DNA of 64,000 nucleotides from an uncultured Acidobacteriota bacterium (GCA_963770895.1 CAVYRF010000002.1:4256001-4320000); one strand, 5' to 3'; numbered from the stretch's first letter, positions 49,628 through 60,077 are shown. Notes: generated by a model from the sequence alone, not told the origin. Numbers and translations are program-made.

Positions 49628-51325
49628 TCAGCCGCGCAGTGCCAGCGAGGGGTCTGGTGTGGGCTGGGCGGTGTGGGCGGCGGTTTGCTGGTCGGATTCG
49701 ATTCTGCCGTAGTCGAGCTTGAGGATGCGGTCGGCGACGTGGAAGTAGTGGTCGTCGTGGCTGATGACGAAGACGGTCTTGCCGCGTTGCTTGAGCTCGG
49801 GGAGGATCTCCAGGTAGAAGATGGCCTTGAAGACGGGGTCCTGGTCGGCGGCCCATTCGTCGAACAGGTAGATGGGACGGTCTTCCAGGTAGGCGGTGAG
49901 CAGGGCGAGGCGTTTGCGCTGACCTTGGGAGAGGTCGATGGTGGAGAGGGTGCCGTGGGTGATCTGGACCTTGCGGTCCAGCTTCAGGCGCTGCAGGTAG
50001 CGGTGGGCCTGCTGGTCCAGCTCGCCGCCGGCGGCGGCCAGGCCGAAGAGCTGATCGAAGAGGAAGAAATCGGCGAAGACGACGGACCAGAGCTCGCGGT
50101 AGTCCTCCAGGTCCTGGGCGCGCACGGGGCGCCCGTCCAGGCGGATCTCGCCGGCTTCGGGGACGTAGAGACCGACCAGGAGCTTTGCCAGGGTGGTCTT
50201 GCCGCTGCCGTTGCCGCCGACCAGGAAGATGGTTTCGCCGCGCTCGAAAACGGCGTCGATCGAGCCGAGCTGGAAGGTCTCTGCCTCGTTTTCCTTGTAG
50301 TAGGTGTGGCGGATGCCGGACAGCTCCAGCTGCCGCCAGGGGCGCGGGGGCGCGGATTGCGGCGCGACGCCTTCGCTTTGCAGGGAGAACCCCAGGTCTT
50401 CGACGGTCTTGGTGGCGATGCTGGCGCGCGAAAAGAAGGGCAGGGTGGTGAGGACGACTTCCAGGGTGGCCAGGATCTGGAACAGCACGATCGTGTAGCT
50501 GAGCAGGATCTTGCGATCGACGTGCTGGATCTGCGGCAGGAGCAGGACCAGGAAGCCCAGGACGATGAAGAACAGCACCTGGCCCATGCTGGCGCCGGCG
50601 GCGAGCAGCACGGAGCCCTTGCGGTATTCGGTCTGGTACAGGTCGGTGCTGGCGTGCACGGCCTCCAGGAAGGAGGCGCGCCGCGCGCGGTGCATCTTGA
50701 GTTCCTTGGTGCCTTCGGTGATGGCGCGGACCTGGCCGGTGATTTCGTCGAGCCGCAGCCGGGACAGCTGGTAATACCGCAGCGCCTTGATCAGCGGCAG
50801 CTGGTAGGCCAGGATGCCGATGACGATGAACACCAGCACTTCGAGCAGCATGGTGATCGACAGCCAGCCGAGGTAGCCGAGGCAGCTTGCCAGGACCGCA
50901 AGGTTCATGCAGAGCAAAGGCACCGAGCCGATCGAGTCGATGATCAGGGTGATGTCGTTGGTGAGCGTGGTCAGGAGGCGGGGAGCGCCCAGGGTTTCCA
51001 GCTGCTTGAGCGGCGCGGCCAGGACCTGCCCGGAGAGGCGTACGCGCAGCGACAGCAGCGCCTTTTGCGACAGGTGGAGCAGGAATACCTGCGACACGAA
51101 GCGGCAGATGGGCAGCGCCACGCACAGGCCCACGAAGGTGGCGACCAGGAGCGGGGGAGTGTTGCCGGTGCGGTTGAGGATGCTGGCGGTCAGGGCGATC
51201 AGGCCGGTGCTGGCCACGCCGCCGGCGATGCCCGCAAGGGTGATGAAGGTGAGCGCCCACTGCGCGTGCGGGATGCCCTTGCAGAGCCTTATCAGGAACG
51301 AGACTAAACGGAGGAGTTCGCGCAT
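49628..51325 (-). CDS. Cyclic-peptide export ABC transporter (SyrD/PvdE/YojI family)
   Basis: EGTKELKMH, GGNGSGKTT, VFADFFLFD, LSQGQRKRLAL, FDEWAADQDP, VISHDDHYF. Confidence 0.93.
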   Translation of the reverse strand: MRELLRLVSFLIRLCKGIPHAQWALTFITLAGIAGGVASTGLIALTASILNRTGNTPPLLVATFVGLCVALPICRFVSQVFLLHLSQKALLSLRVRLSGQVLAAPLKQLETLGAPRLLTTLTNDITLIIDSIGSVPLLCMNLAVLASCLGYLGWLSITMLLEVLVFIVIGILAYQLPLIKALRYYQLSRLRLDEITGQVRAITEGTKELKMHRARRASFLEAVHASTDLYQTEYRKGSVLLAAGASMGQVLFFIVLGFLVLLLPQIQHVDRKILLSYTIVLFQILATLEVVLTTLPFFSRASIATKTVEDLGFSLQSEGVAPQSAPPRPWRQLELSGIRHTYYKENEAETFQLGSIDAVFERGETIFLVGGNGSGKTTLAKLLVGLYVPEAGEIRLDGRPVRAQDLEDYRELWSVVFADFFLFDQLFGLAAAGGELDQQAHRYLQRLKLDRKVQITHGTLSTIDLSQGQRKRLALLTAYLEDRPIYLFDEWAADQDPVFKAIFYLEILPELKQRGKTVFVISHDDHYFHVADRILKLDYGRIESDQQTAAHTAQPTPDPSLALRG

Positions 51326-51398
51326 GGTTGAGTCGCTGGGTCGGGGACCGTCGATAGGTCTTGTGCGGTGAAGGCCCCGCGACGTGACCAAGGCGCGG

Positions 51399-51431
51399 CA
51401 TGCCGGCGCGGGCTGCTGCCGCGCCGGCATG
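51399..51431 (-). terminator. 13-bp stem-loop between lanA and the exporter (mRNA-stabilising or partial terminator)
   Basis: CATGCCGGCGCGG-GCTGCTG-CCGCGCCGGCATG. Confidence 0.6.
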
Positions 51432-51446
51432 GACCAGCGATTTCGC

Positions 51447-51653
51447 TTAGTAGCAGTTGTAGGGCGGACAGGGCGAGCAGATCGCCGAGCCGCCGTTGGT
51501 GTACTTGATGACACCCGCGGCGACGCGCTCCAGGCCGGCGTCGACGGTGATGAGGGCCGCCGGATTGGCCGGCAGGCTGGCGCGCTCGGCGGCGGAAAGG
51601 CTCAGGTAGTAGTCTTCGTCTCTCCAGGCGCGGGCGATGTCGAGTTTCTTCAT
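51447..51653 (-). CDS. lanA: Class II lanthipeptide precursor (mersacidin/lichenicidin-type leader), 68 aa
   Basis: GAGGAG RBS; MKKLDIARAWRDEDYYLSLSAAERASLPANPAALITVDAGLERVAAG|VIKYTNGGSAICSPCPPYNCY; immediately downstream of lanM. Confidence 0.9.
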   Translation of the reverse strand: MKKLDIARAWRDEDYYLSLSAAERASLPANPAALITVDAGLERVAAGVIKYTNGGSAICSPCPPYNCY

Positions 51654-51701
51654 GGAATTCTCCTCACAAACCGGCGCGGGACCATCCCGCGCCAAAACCT
51701 T

Positions 51702-54700
51702 TCAAGACTCTGGCGGCGGTGCCAGGCGCACCACCGCGGGCACTCGGTGCGGCGCGGCGACTCGCAGCAGGCCGTGGCCGATGCCCGCCAGGCCGATCAT
51801 CAAGCCCGGCGCTTCGGCGGCGACGGCGATGCCCAGGCGCCAGCCGTGGCGGCGGATGTCGGCCAGGATGCCGCCGGCCAGGCGCCCGGCGCGCGCGGCG
51901 AGGTCCGGGTCGTCCAGCACGGTTGCCGCAAGGGTGAGCGCCTCCAGGTTGCCCAGATCGCCGTGGCAGAGGCTGTGGCCTTTGCCGAAGCCGCCGGCGA
52001 GGGTGGTGCGGAGGGCGGCCTGGGCCTCCGTACGGGCGAGCGCCAGGTCGTCGCCGGACAGGCGGCGCAAGCTGTCGAGGCGGCCCAGGGCGATGCCGGG
52101 GGCGCCGTGGCACCAGGCGCACATGAAATGCGGCTGGCCGGGCACGACCTCGGCGCCGGCGCGCAGGTCCGGCCAGTTGCCCAGCTCGGCTGCATAGAGC
52201 GACCGCTCGTAGTCCAGGGCTGCCAGGGCGGCGTCGCGGTAGCGCGCGGCACCGGTGGCTTCGGCGAGCTGCAGCAGCGCCCACGAGATGCCCGCCGCGC
52301 CGTGCGCGAAGCCGGCGAGCGGCCGCGGACCGGCCAGCGGAATGATCCACCCCAGGCCGCGCTCCATCGGCTGGGCGAGCTCCAGGAGCCGGTCGCCGCA
52401 CTGCACGGCGAGCTGCAGCAGCCAATGGGCGCCGCGCGTGCGCCACAGCCCCAGCAGGCAGACCAGGCAGCCCGCGGCGCCCGCCACCACGTCCCCATGC
52501 GGGTCGCGGGCGATTTCGGGCGCCAGGCGCAGGGCGCAGGCTTCGGCCTGGTCGAGCAGAGCCGCGTCGTCCCAGAGGGCGGCCAGGTGGGTCAGGGTGT
52601 AGAGCACGCCGCCCCAGCCGGCAAAGGCCCCGATCGAGCTGAGGAGCGTCGACGTCGGGGCCGCCTGCTCGAGCATCGTCACGGTGGCGGCGCGGGCCAG
52701 GTCGGCGGCCCAGGCTTCGCCGGTGACAGCACCCAGGTAGCCCAGGAACAGCGCGATTCCTGGGGAGCCGAGATACAGGTCGGGGCCCGCCGGGGCGAGC
52801 ATCGATTTGAGGGCGTTGGCCTGCGGTTCGGGGCCGAACCACACCGCGCCGCGGCCGCGGCGGAACGCCAGCGCCTCCAGGCGGCGCCCCACGGCCAGCG
52901 CCGCGACGAGCAGCTGGTCCGCCGCCGGGGAGCTGGCCGCCGCGACCAGCTGGTAGTCCGACGGCGGCGCCGGGACCGCCGCGGCGCCGGCGAGCGAGTT
53001 GCGGACGATCCAGACCTGCCGCGCGACGTCGGCGTCGTCGAGCCGCCGCAGGCGGTCGCCGACGGCGTCGAGGCCGCTGCGGTCGAGCACGTCCGTCAGT
53101 ATTTCGCCGTCGCTGGTCTGCACGTCGCGGCTGTCGGGCCACGTGGTGAACATGGGGATGTCGCCGTGCTGCAGGTCGCGGTGCTCGGCCGGGACCAGCC
53201 GTTCGAGCTCCGGGTAGTCGCCGGCGATCGTCCACAGCCGGTCGAGCAGGCGGTCCCGCTCCAGGCCGTCGCCCAGGACGAATGGGTGGTGGCTGTCGGC
53301 GAGCAGGGTGCCGTACGCCATGGTGAGGCGCACCAGGACGCGGACCGGGTGGTGGGCAAAGGCGGCGAGCGGTCCGTCCGGGGCGAGCAGCTGGTCGCGG
53401 TGCCGCGCGAGCAGGCGCAGCATGCGCTCGCAGCCTTGCGCCACCGCATCGACGTACGGCGCGAGCGGCACGTCGGCGCCGCCGAGCGTCGGTCGGTGCT
53501 CGCCGCCGACGGGCGCCTCCAGGTGCTGGTGCAGGAATCGCATCCGGTCGGTTCCCGCGTCCGTCACCCGCAGGATCGGCTGCGGTATGACCTGTCCCGC
53601 GGTCGCCGCCAGGCCGCTCAGGTCGATGCCGTCCTGGTCGCCCTTGCCGCCCCAGGACGCATCGGGCAGCAGGCCCACGCGCAGCACCGTGTCGGGCAGC
53701 GGCGTCTGCGGCGGGGTGGCGTGGCCCCAGGTTTGATCCAAGGGGTGGAACAGCGCTTCGAGGTCCACCAGGAACGGATGCTCGCCGGCCGCGATCAGGT
53801 TTTCGTGGTGCATGTCGGTCGCGGACAGCAGGTAGAGCAGCGCCAGGTACCCTCCCTGGCGCTGGTAGAAGCGCTCGACCTGCGCGGCGTCGGCGCAGGG
53901 GTGCGCCGTCACCACCGCCGCCCAGCCGTGGTCGCCGGCGTCGAGCACCGGCAGGAGCTGCCAGCCGGGGGCGAAGCCGTGCCGTTCGGTCCAGGCAAGC
54001 AGCTGCTGAAAGGTCGCTTCGACCGCCATCGAGCGCGGCTTGTAGATGAGCTCGACGCCTGAGTCGAAGCGCAACCGCGTCACCGACCGGCCGCCGCGGT
54101 GCAGGTCGCCCAGCCCGGTGCGCACCTCGACCAGCGTGCCCAGGTCCTGCCGGCCGGCGACCAGGACGCCCAGGCGCGGCGCGTCGGCGACCAGGTGCGC
54201 GCAGAGCTCGGCGCCGGCGTCCACCCATCGCCCGATGCATTCGACCGCCTGGCGCGCCGCCACCGGATATTGGCGCAGCAGCGCCAGCGCCACGCCGGGT
54301 TCGCGCAACCAGGCGACGAAGCTGGCGTAGCGATCTTCGGCAGTGTCGCCGGTCAGCCGGTTGTCCTGGGCGGCCAGGTGGAGCTCCACGGCGAGCGTCC
54401 GCTTGAGCAGGAAGAGCAGGCGGGGCCCGATGGCGCCGGCAAGCGAGGCAGCCGCCTGGCCGGGCTCGAACAGGCGCGTGCCCGAGGCGGCGGCGAGCGC
54501 CCGCAGCTGCTCCGTCAGGCGCGAAAAACCGCGGTCCAGCAGGGGCCGCACCAGCTCCAGCAGGGTCCCCTGGTGATCCGGCGTCAGCGCGGCGGCGGGG
54601 AACGGCGCGGTGGGCGCCGTGGTAAAGGCCGCCGCCAGCTCCTGCAGCCAGGCCGGAGGGCGTGCGGCGCCGGCGCGCGACGCCAGGGAGTCCGGGGTTT

Positions 54701-54953
54701 CGCCAAGCAGCGCCAGCAGATCGGCGAGATCCATACCCTCGCGCGCCAGGCGCCGCCGGAACACGCCGTCGCGCGGACTCTGCGCCTGCCAGCGGGCGAG
54801 GATGCGTGCCGCCCGATCTGCATCCGGAGGGGCCGCGGGCGGCACGCCGGCCGCCCGTCCGGCCGCCGCGCGCTCGCTCAGCGTCAGGGCTTTGTACCAA
54901 TCGGCGGCGGCCAGGATGTCGCCAGGGTCCATCAGCTCCGCCGTCGATTCCAT
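51702..54953 (-). CDS. lanM: Class II lanthipeptide synthetase
   Basis: Dehydratase GDLHRGG, LIYKPRS, TDMHHENLIA, VDLEALF; cyclase DLYLGSPG, GFAHGAAG, WCHGAPG, SLCHGDLG, GLMIGLAG. Start 54953 or 54992. Confidence 0.95.
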   Translation of the reverse strand: MESTAELMDPGDILAAADWYKALTLSERAAAGRAAGVPPAAPPDADRAARILARWQAQSPRDGVFRRRLAREGMDLADLLALLGETPDSLASRAGAARPPAWLQELAAAFTTAPTAPFPAAALTPDHQGTLLELVRPLLDRGFSRLTEQLRALAAASGTRLFEPGQAAASLAGAIGPRLLFLLKRTLAVELHLAAQDNRLTGDTAEDRYASFVAWLREPGVALALLRQYPVAARQAVECIGRWVDAGAELCAHLVADAPRLGVLVAGRQDLGTLVEVRTGLGDLHRGGRSVTRLRFDSGVELIYKPRSMAVEATFQQLLAWTERHGFAPGWQLLPVLDAGDHGWAAVVTAHPCADAAQVERFYQRQGGYLALLYLLSATDMHHENLIAAGEHPFLVDLEALFHPLDQTWGHATPPQTPLPDTVLRVGLLPDASWGGKGDQDGIDLSGLAATAGQVIPQPILRVTDAGTDRMRFLHQHLEAPVGGEHRPTLGGADVPLAPYVDAVAQGCERMLRLLARHRDQLLAPDGPLAAFAHHPVRVLVRLTMAYGTLLADSHHPFVLGDGLERDRLLDRLWTIAGDYPELERLVPAEHRDLQHGDIPMFTTWPDSRDVQTSDGEILTDVLDRSGLDAVGDRLRRLDDADVARQVWIVRNSLAGAAAVPAPPSDYQLVAAASSPAADQLLVAALAVGRRLEALAFRRGRGAVWFGPEPQANALKSMLAPAGPDLYLGSPGIALFLGYLGAVTGEAWAADLARAATVTMLEQAAPTSTLLSSIGAFAGWGGVLYTLTHLAALWDDAALLDQAEACALRLAPEIARDPHGDVVAGAAGCLVCLLGLWRTRGAHWLLQLAVQCGDRLLELAQPMERGLGWIIPLAGPRPLAGFAHGAAGISWALLQLAEATGAARYRDAALAALDYERSLYAAELGNWPDLRAGAEVVPGQPHFMCAWCHGAPGIALGRLDSLRRLSGDDLALARTEAQAALRTTLAGGFGKGHSLCHGDLGNLEALTLAATVLDDPDLAARAGRLAGGILADIRRHGWRLGIAVAAEAPGLMIGLAGIGHGLLRVAAPHRVPAVVRLAPPPES

Positions 54954-55066
54954 CGCGAAACTTCTTATATTCTTTTCATTTCCATTCGACAATACGATGT
55001 AGTCCTATCTGTTTTCGCGGCGAGCTCTTGTCCCGCATCCTGGCCCAGGCGTCACCCATACACTAG

Positions 55067-56701
55067 GTGGAACGCTTGGCGAATTTGAGCACGCCGCAGG
55101 TCGGCGATCCCGCGCCGCGGGGACAGGGCGGGACCTTGGCGGCAGCCCGTTCGGGACCGGACCTGGTGCGCTGGCTGGCGCGCGATGCGGCGGTGCGCCA
55201 GGGCGTGATCACCGACGGACGGCACAGCGTTTCGTACGCCGAGACCGCGCTGCTGCTCGAGGAGCTGGACGGGCACTTCGCGCGCGGCGGCGTGACCAGG
55301 CGCCAGCCTCTGGCGCTCGAATGCTCGCAGACGGTGGCCGGGGCGCTGGCGATCCTGTATGTGCTGAGCAGGGAATACGACGTGGTGCTGCTGCCGGAGC
55401 TGGAGGAGACGGCGAAGGAGGCAGGGACTCCCCGTTTCATACCCAGCTTCTGCAAGCATGTCGTCACCGCCCGGTCGGCCGTGGCGCAGACGGTCGACTC
55501 TCCGCTTGCCTGCATCGCCGTCGCGGTCAACCAGGCGTTCGCCGCGGAGCCGGTGGTGACGGCCTTCGCCGGCCCGGATCTGTATCTGCGGACCTCGGGC
55601 AGCACCGGCATTCCCAAGCTGGCCAGGATGTCGCACCAGAAGTGGCTCGACAACGCGATGGCGTGCGTGGAGCGGTGGCAGCTCAGCGCCGCCGATCGCC
55701 TGGCGGTGCCGGTGCCGATCTTCCACAGCTACGGTTTCGGCGCCGCGTTCCTGCCCGGTCTGCTGGCCGGGGCGGCGATGGACCTGGGGTCGGGCGGCAA
55801 CATCCTGCGCTACCTGCAGCGCGAGGAGCGCTTTGCGCCGACCGTGGGGTTCCTGACGCCGGCCCTATGCGACATGTTCCTGACGGTGCGCAAGTCGCCG
55901 CGCCGGTACCGGCTTTCGGTCACCGCGGGCGACAAGATCAAGCGCGAGACGACGGCGCGATTCGAGCCGCTGTTCGGGCCGCTGCTCAATCTTTACGGCA
56001 GTGCCGAAATGGGAGCGGTTTCGGCGCCGGCGGCGGCCGATCCGCCGGCGGCGCGGCTGGGCACGGCGGGCTACCCGCTGGGCTCGATCGAGCTGCGCCT
56101 GACCGACGCGGGAGAGGCGGCCGGCGCGGGGGAGGAGCCCGGCGGCGCCGATGCGCCGGGCGGAGATCGCGTCGGGTTGCTGCAGTGCCGCCAGCGGTAC
56201 GGCTTTGCCGGCTACCTGGCCTGGCAGGACGGCTGGCGCTTCGAGCCTCACGGCGACGACCAGTGGTTCACCACCGGGGACCTGGCGAAGATTCGCGCCG
56301 ACGGCTACCTGGAGATCCTCGGCCGCTCCGGGTTGAGCGTCAAGCGGGACGGCCTGCTGGTGCTGTTCGCCGACGTCGAGACGGCGATGGAGAAGGTGCC
56401 CGGCGTCGAGCGGGCGGTGCTGGTGGCCGTGGGCGAGAGCCGCCGCGGCAGCCGGCTGGTCGGGGTCTGCCTGGCGCGCCCGCCGGCCCAGGCGCCGCAG
56501 CCGGAAGCCGTGCGCCGCAAGTGTGTCGAGCTGCTGCCGCGCTACGCGGTGCCCGACGCGGTGATCGTCGTTGCGTCGCTGCCGCAGCTGCCGAGCGGCA
56601 AGATCGATCGCCGTGCGATCCGCGAGCAGGTCGTCCAGGCGCAGGCGAGCGCGTCGCCGGCGCCGGCTGGCGATCGAAAGAAAGATGGATCGACGTCTTG
56701 A
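55067..56701 (+). CDS. Adenylate-forming (ANL superfamily) acyl ligase
   Basis: RTSGSTGIPK, PIFHSYG, YGSAE, FTTGDL, ILGR, LPSGKIDR. Confidence 0.88.
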   Translation: MERLANLSTPQVGDPAPRGQGGTLAAARSGPDLVRWLARDAAVRQGVITDGRHSVSYAETALLLEELDGHFARGGVTRRQPLALECSQTVAGALAILYVLSREYDVVLLPELEETAKEAGTPRFIPSFCKHVVTARSAVAQTVDSPLACIAVAVNQAFAAEPVVTAFAGPDLYLRTSGSTGIPKLARMSHQKWLDNAMACVERWQLSAADRLAVPVPIFHSYGFGAAFLPGLLAGAAMDLGSGGNILRYLQREERFAPTVGFLTPALCDMFLTVRKSPRRYRLSVTAGDKIKRETTARFEPLFGPLLNLYGSAEMGAVSAPAAADPPAARLGTAGYPLGSIELRLTDAGEAAGAGEEPGGADAPGGDRVGLLQCRQRYGFAGYLAWQDGWRFEPHGDDQWFTTGDLAKIRADGYLEILGRSGLSVKRDGLLVLFADVETAMEKVPGVERAVLVAVGESRRGSRLVGVCLARPPAQAPQPEAVRRKCVELLPRYAVPDAVIVVASLPQLPSGKIDRRAIREQVVQAQASASPAPAGDRKKDGSTS

Positions 56702-56728
56702 GCGACCTCAAGGCGCGCCGGAGGCATC

Positions 56729-58108
56729 ATGGGATTGATTGAATCGGCAACACCCACCCGCCGCGGCGGCGCGGCGGGTCACCAAGGCGCTGGCCTTGCA
56801 ATCAAGGGCGGCGTGCCGGTGGTGGCGCCGGGACAGATCGACGAGCAGTGGCCGGTGGTCAGCGAGGAAGACATCGCGGCGGTCACCGCCACCCTGCGCT
56901 CGGGCAAGCTCACCTGGGTCAACAACGAAACGGTGGCGGCGCTGGAGCGGGAGTGGGCGGCCTACGTCGGATCCCGCCACTGCATCGCCTTCAACAGCGG
57001 CACGTCCGCCCTGCACGGCGCGGTGGCGGCGGCCGGCGTCGAGCCGGGGGACGAGGTGGTGGTGCCGGCGTTCACCTTCATGGCTTCGGCCGCCGCGGTG
57101 GTCCATCACCAGGGGCTGCCGGTGTTCGTCGACGTCGACCCCCGCACGTTCACCCTGGATCCGGCGCTGCTCGCCGAGAAGATCACCGATCGGACGCGGG
57201 CGATCATGGCCGTCCACCTGAGCGGCCTGCCCGCCGCCATGGACGAGATCCTGGCCATCGCGCGGCCGCGCGGCATCAAGGTGATCGAAGATCTGTCGCA
57301 GGCTGCCGGAGCGATTTACAAGGGGCGAAAAGTCGGGTCGATCGGCGACGTCGGCGCCTGCAGCATCATGGCGGGAAAGAACCTGCCGACCGCCGGCGAG
57401 GGCGGCCTGCTGACCACCGACGATGCCGATCTGCGCAATCGCGCCGATCAGCTGAAGATGTTCGGCGAACGGGTCACCGACTCCGGCCGGCGCGAGTTCA
57501 ACGTCGCCACCTACTCGTGGAACTACCGCTTCAGCTCGATCCTGGCGGCCTTCACGTCGAGCCAGCTGCGGCGCCTGGACGACAACACCTTGCGGGTGCA
57601 GGAGGGGGCGCGCTACCTGGCCGACGGGATGTCCGAGATCCCCGGCCTGCTGCCGCCCCTGGTGCCCGCGGGGAGCACGCACGCGTATCACCACTTCCGC
57701 TTCCGGGTCGATCCGCAGGCCGCCGGCATCGACCTGCCGGCCGGCCGGTTCCGCAAGGCGCTGCAGGATTTGGTCAGCGCGGAAGGGGTGCCGCTCAAGC
57801 AGTATCAGAACCGGCCGGTGCCCGGCCAGTGGATGTTCCAGGAGACGCGCGGCTGTCCCTTCGACTGCGATCACGCCAGCCACAAGGTGCGCTACGACAT
57901 CCACGACTATCCGCGCACCCTGGACGCCATCCGCAGCTCGCTGGTGATCGGCAATCGCCTGTGCATGGCGACTTTCTTCGAACGCCGCAACCTGGACCTG
58001 TACCTGGACGCCTTGCACAAGGTTTTCAGCCATCGCGACGAGCTGGTCGCCTACGGCCGTGCGCTCGAGTACCAGGAACCGTGGGAGGAGGACCTCCGGG
58101 TCGCCTGA
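56729..58108 (+). CDS. DegT/DnrJ/EryC1/StrS-family PLP aminotransferase
   Basis: FNSGTSALH, GDEVVVPAFTFMAS, PVFVDVDP, VIEDLSQA, GKNLPTAGEGG (PLP Lys), NYRFS. Confidence 0.92.
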   Translation: MGLIESATPTRRGGAAGHQGAGLAIKGGVPVVAPGQIDEQWPVVSEEDIAAVTATLRSGKLTWVNNETVAALEREWAAYVGSRHCIAFNSGTSALHGAVAAAGVEPGDEVVVPAFTFMASAAAVVHHQGLPVFVDVDPRTFTLDPALLAEKITDRTRAIMAVHLSGLPAAMDEILAIARPRGIKVIEDLSQAAGAIYKGRKVGSIGDVGACSIMAGKNLPTAGEGGLLTTDDADLRNRADQLKMFGERVTDSGRREFNVATYSWNYRFSSILAAFTSSQLRRLDDNTLRVQEGARYLADGMSEIPGLLPPLVPAGSTHAYHHFRFRVDPQAAGIDLPAGRFRKALQDLVSAEGVPLKQYQNRPVPGQWMFQETRGCPFDCDHASHKVRYDIHDYPRTLDAIRSSLVIGNRLCMATFFERRNLDLYLDALHKVFSHRDELVAYGRALEYQEPWEEDLRVA

Positions 58109-58137
58109 CCGTGCCGGACCCGAGAGGACACGACGAC

Positions 58138-59061
58138 ATGGGAGATACCGCCGCCATCGCCACCGCCACCGCCACCGCCACCGCCGCGGGCCAGGACGCC
58201 GCTGCCGGCGAACGCCTGGCGGACCTCGCCGCCCTCGCCGCCCTCAAATCCGCCGCCGACACCCTGCGCCGCCACATCGTCAACATGGCGGCGGATTCCG
58301 GCGCCCACGTCGGCGGTTCCATGTCGGTGGTCGAGATCCTTGCGGTGCTGTATTTCGACGGCGTGCTGCGGGTCGATCCGGCGCAGCCCCAGGCCGGCGG
58401 ACGCGACTACCTGATCTTCAGTAAAGGACATGCCAGCTCGGCGCTGTACGCCGCGCTGGCCGAGCGCGGCTTCTTCCCGGCGTCCGAGCTCGCCTCCTAC
58501 AAACAGATGGGGAGCCACCTGGCCGGCCATCCGTCCAAGAGCATCCCCGGCGTCGAGCTGGCGACCGGTTCGCTGGGTCATGGCCTGGCGGTGGGCAACG
58601 GCATCGCGCTGGCAGGCAAGCACGACGGCGGCGCCCATCGCGTCTTCGTGGTGATGGGCGACGGCGAATGCCAGGAGGGCGTGGTCTGGGAGGCGGCGAT
58701 GGCCGCGGCGCACTACCGGCTGGACAACCTGGTCGCGATCGTCGACCGCAACGGCGTGCAGGAGGACGGCCCGACGGAAACGATCATGTCCCTGGAGCCG
58801 TTCGCCGAGAAGTGGCGCGCCTTCGGTTGGGAAGTGCGGGAGGTGGACGGTCACGACGTGGCCGCGCTGTCCCGCGAGCTGCACGCGGTGCCGTTCGCGG
58901 CGGGCAAGCCGTCGCTGCTGCTCGCCCGCACGGTCAAGGGCAAGGGGCTGTCGTTCGCCGAGAACACCCATACCTGGCACTACGGCAAGCTGAGCTCGGC
59001 GCAGCGGGACCAGGCGCTCGCCGAGATCGCGGCCAGCCGCGCCGGCGAAGGCGGGGCATGA
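58138..59061 (+). CDS. Transketolase, N-terminal (ThDP-binding) subunit
   Basis: HVGGSMS, RDYLIFSKGH, LAGHP, TGSLGHG, GDGECQEG...WEAAM...DRN, TVKGKG, WH. Confidence 0.92.
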   Translation: MGDTAAIATATATATAAGQDAAAGERLADLAALAALKSAADTLRRHIVNMAADSGAHVGGSMSVVEILAVLYFDGVLRVDPAQPQAGGRDYLIFSKGHASSALYAALAERGFFPASELASYKQMGSHLAGHPSKSIPGVELATGSLGHGLAVGNGIALAGKHDGGAHRVFVVMGDGECQEGVVWEAAMAAAHYRLDNLVAIVDRNGVQEDGPTETIMSLEPFAEKWRAFGWEVREVDGHDVAALSRELHAVPFAAGKPSLLLARTVKGKGLSFAENTHTWHYGKLSSAQRDQALAEIAASRAGEGGA

Positions 59062-60077
59062 CGGCAGTCAGCTTGGGATGGACGGCGCCCGCCGGCCTCA
59101 CGGCGGTGGCGGCCAGCCGCCTGGCGCAGTGCGAGCTGGCGCGCGAGGACGGCCGATTTTTCTCGCTCGAGGCCAGGCCCGGCGATGCCGCCGGCTGGCC
59201 GTTCCGCGCCGAGTTCCCCGAGCGCTACGTCGCCTGGCCCGGCGCCGAGGCCAGCCTGATCGGCGCCGCCGGCGGCCTGGCGCTGGCCGGCAAGATCCCG
59301 CTCGTCAACCTGTTTTCGTCCTTCGCCCTGATCCGCGCCTGCGAGCAGGTGCGGCTCGATCTCTGCTATCACCAGGCTGACGCCAAGCTGTTCGGCGGCA
59401 TCGGCAGCGCGGGGGCCGCGGACCAGGGCTTTCCGGAGCCCGCCCGGCTGGCGCTCGAAGACCTCGCCGTGGCGCGCAGCATGCCCAACATGACGGTGAT
59501 CGCGCCCGCCGATGCCACCGCCGCCTACCATGCGACCCTTGCCGCCGGCCGCCATGCCGGTCCGGTCTACCTCCGGCTGGCCCGCGACGCCGCGCCGCGG
59601 GTCTATGGCGACGCCGGCCGCGACGGCGCCGGCGGCGGGTTCGAGATCGGCAAGGGCATCGTGCTGCGCCAGGGGTCCGACCTGACGCTGGTCGCCGCCG
59701 GCGCCGGCGTGGTGGCGGAGAGCCTGACCGCCGCGGCGCTCCTGGAGCGCGACGGCATCGCCGCCCGCGTCATCGATCTGCACACCGTCAAGCCGGTCGA
59801 CCGCGCGCTGCTGGCGCAGGCGGCCGCGGAGACCGGGCTGATCGTCACCGTCGAAGAGCACCCGGTGCAGGGAGGCCTGGGCGGCGCCGTGGCCGAGGCG
59901 CTGGGCGATGAATACCCGGTGGCGATGCGCATCCTGGGCATCCGCGACGGCTGCCGCGAGCGCACGGGAACGCGAGAGGAGCGTCTGCGCCGCTACGGCC
60001 TGGACGCCGCGGCGATCGCCGCCAGCGCCGCCAGCGCCCGCCAGGCGCTCGGCGGGCGGGAGCGCCGGGGAAGGTGA
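59058..60077 (+). CDS. Transketolase C-terminal subunit, copy 1 (divergent)
   Basis: FPERY, GAEASL, RACEQVR, PNMTVIAPAD, GPVYLRL, TVKPVD, TVEEH...GGLG; lacks the GPxH motif. Confidence 0.85.
   Translation: MTAVSLGWTAPAGLTAVAASRLAQCELAREDGRFFSLEARPGDAAGWPFRAEFPERYVAWPGAEASLIGAAGGLALAGKIPLVNLFSSFALIRACEQVRLDLCYHQADAKLFGGIGSAGAADQGFPEPARLALEDLAVARSMPNMTVIAPADATAAYHATLAAGRHAGPVYLRLARDAAPRVYGDAGRDGAGGGFEIGKGIVLRQGSDLTLVAAGAGVVAESLTAAALLERDGIAARVIDLHTVKPVDRALLAQAAAETGLIVTVEEHPVQGGLGGAVAEALGDEYPVAMRILGIRDGCRERTGTREERLRRYGLDAAAIAASAASARQALGGRERRGR

Noticed and set aside
58150-58185. Short coding microsatellites (GCCACC run here; CCCACCGTT x3 near 44842; CGATTGCAG near 23048)
   Set aside because: In-frame low-complexity linkers with unit lengths divisible by 3, so no phase-variation potential.
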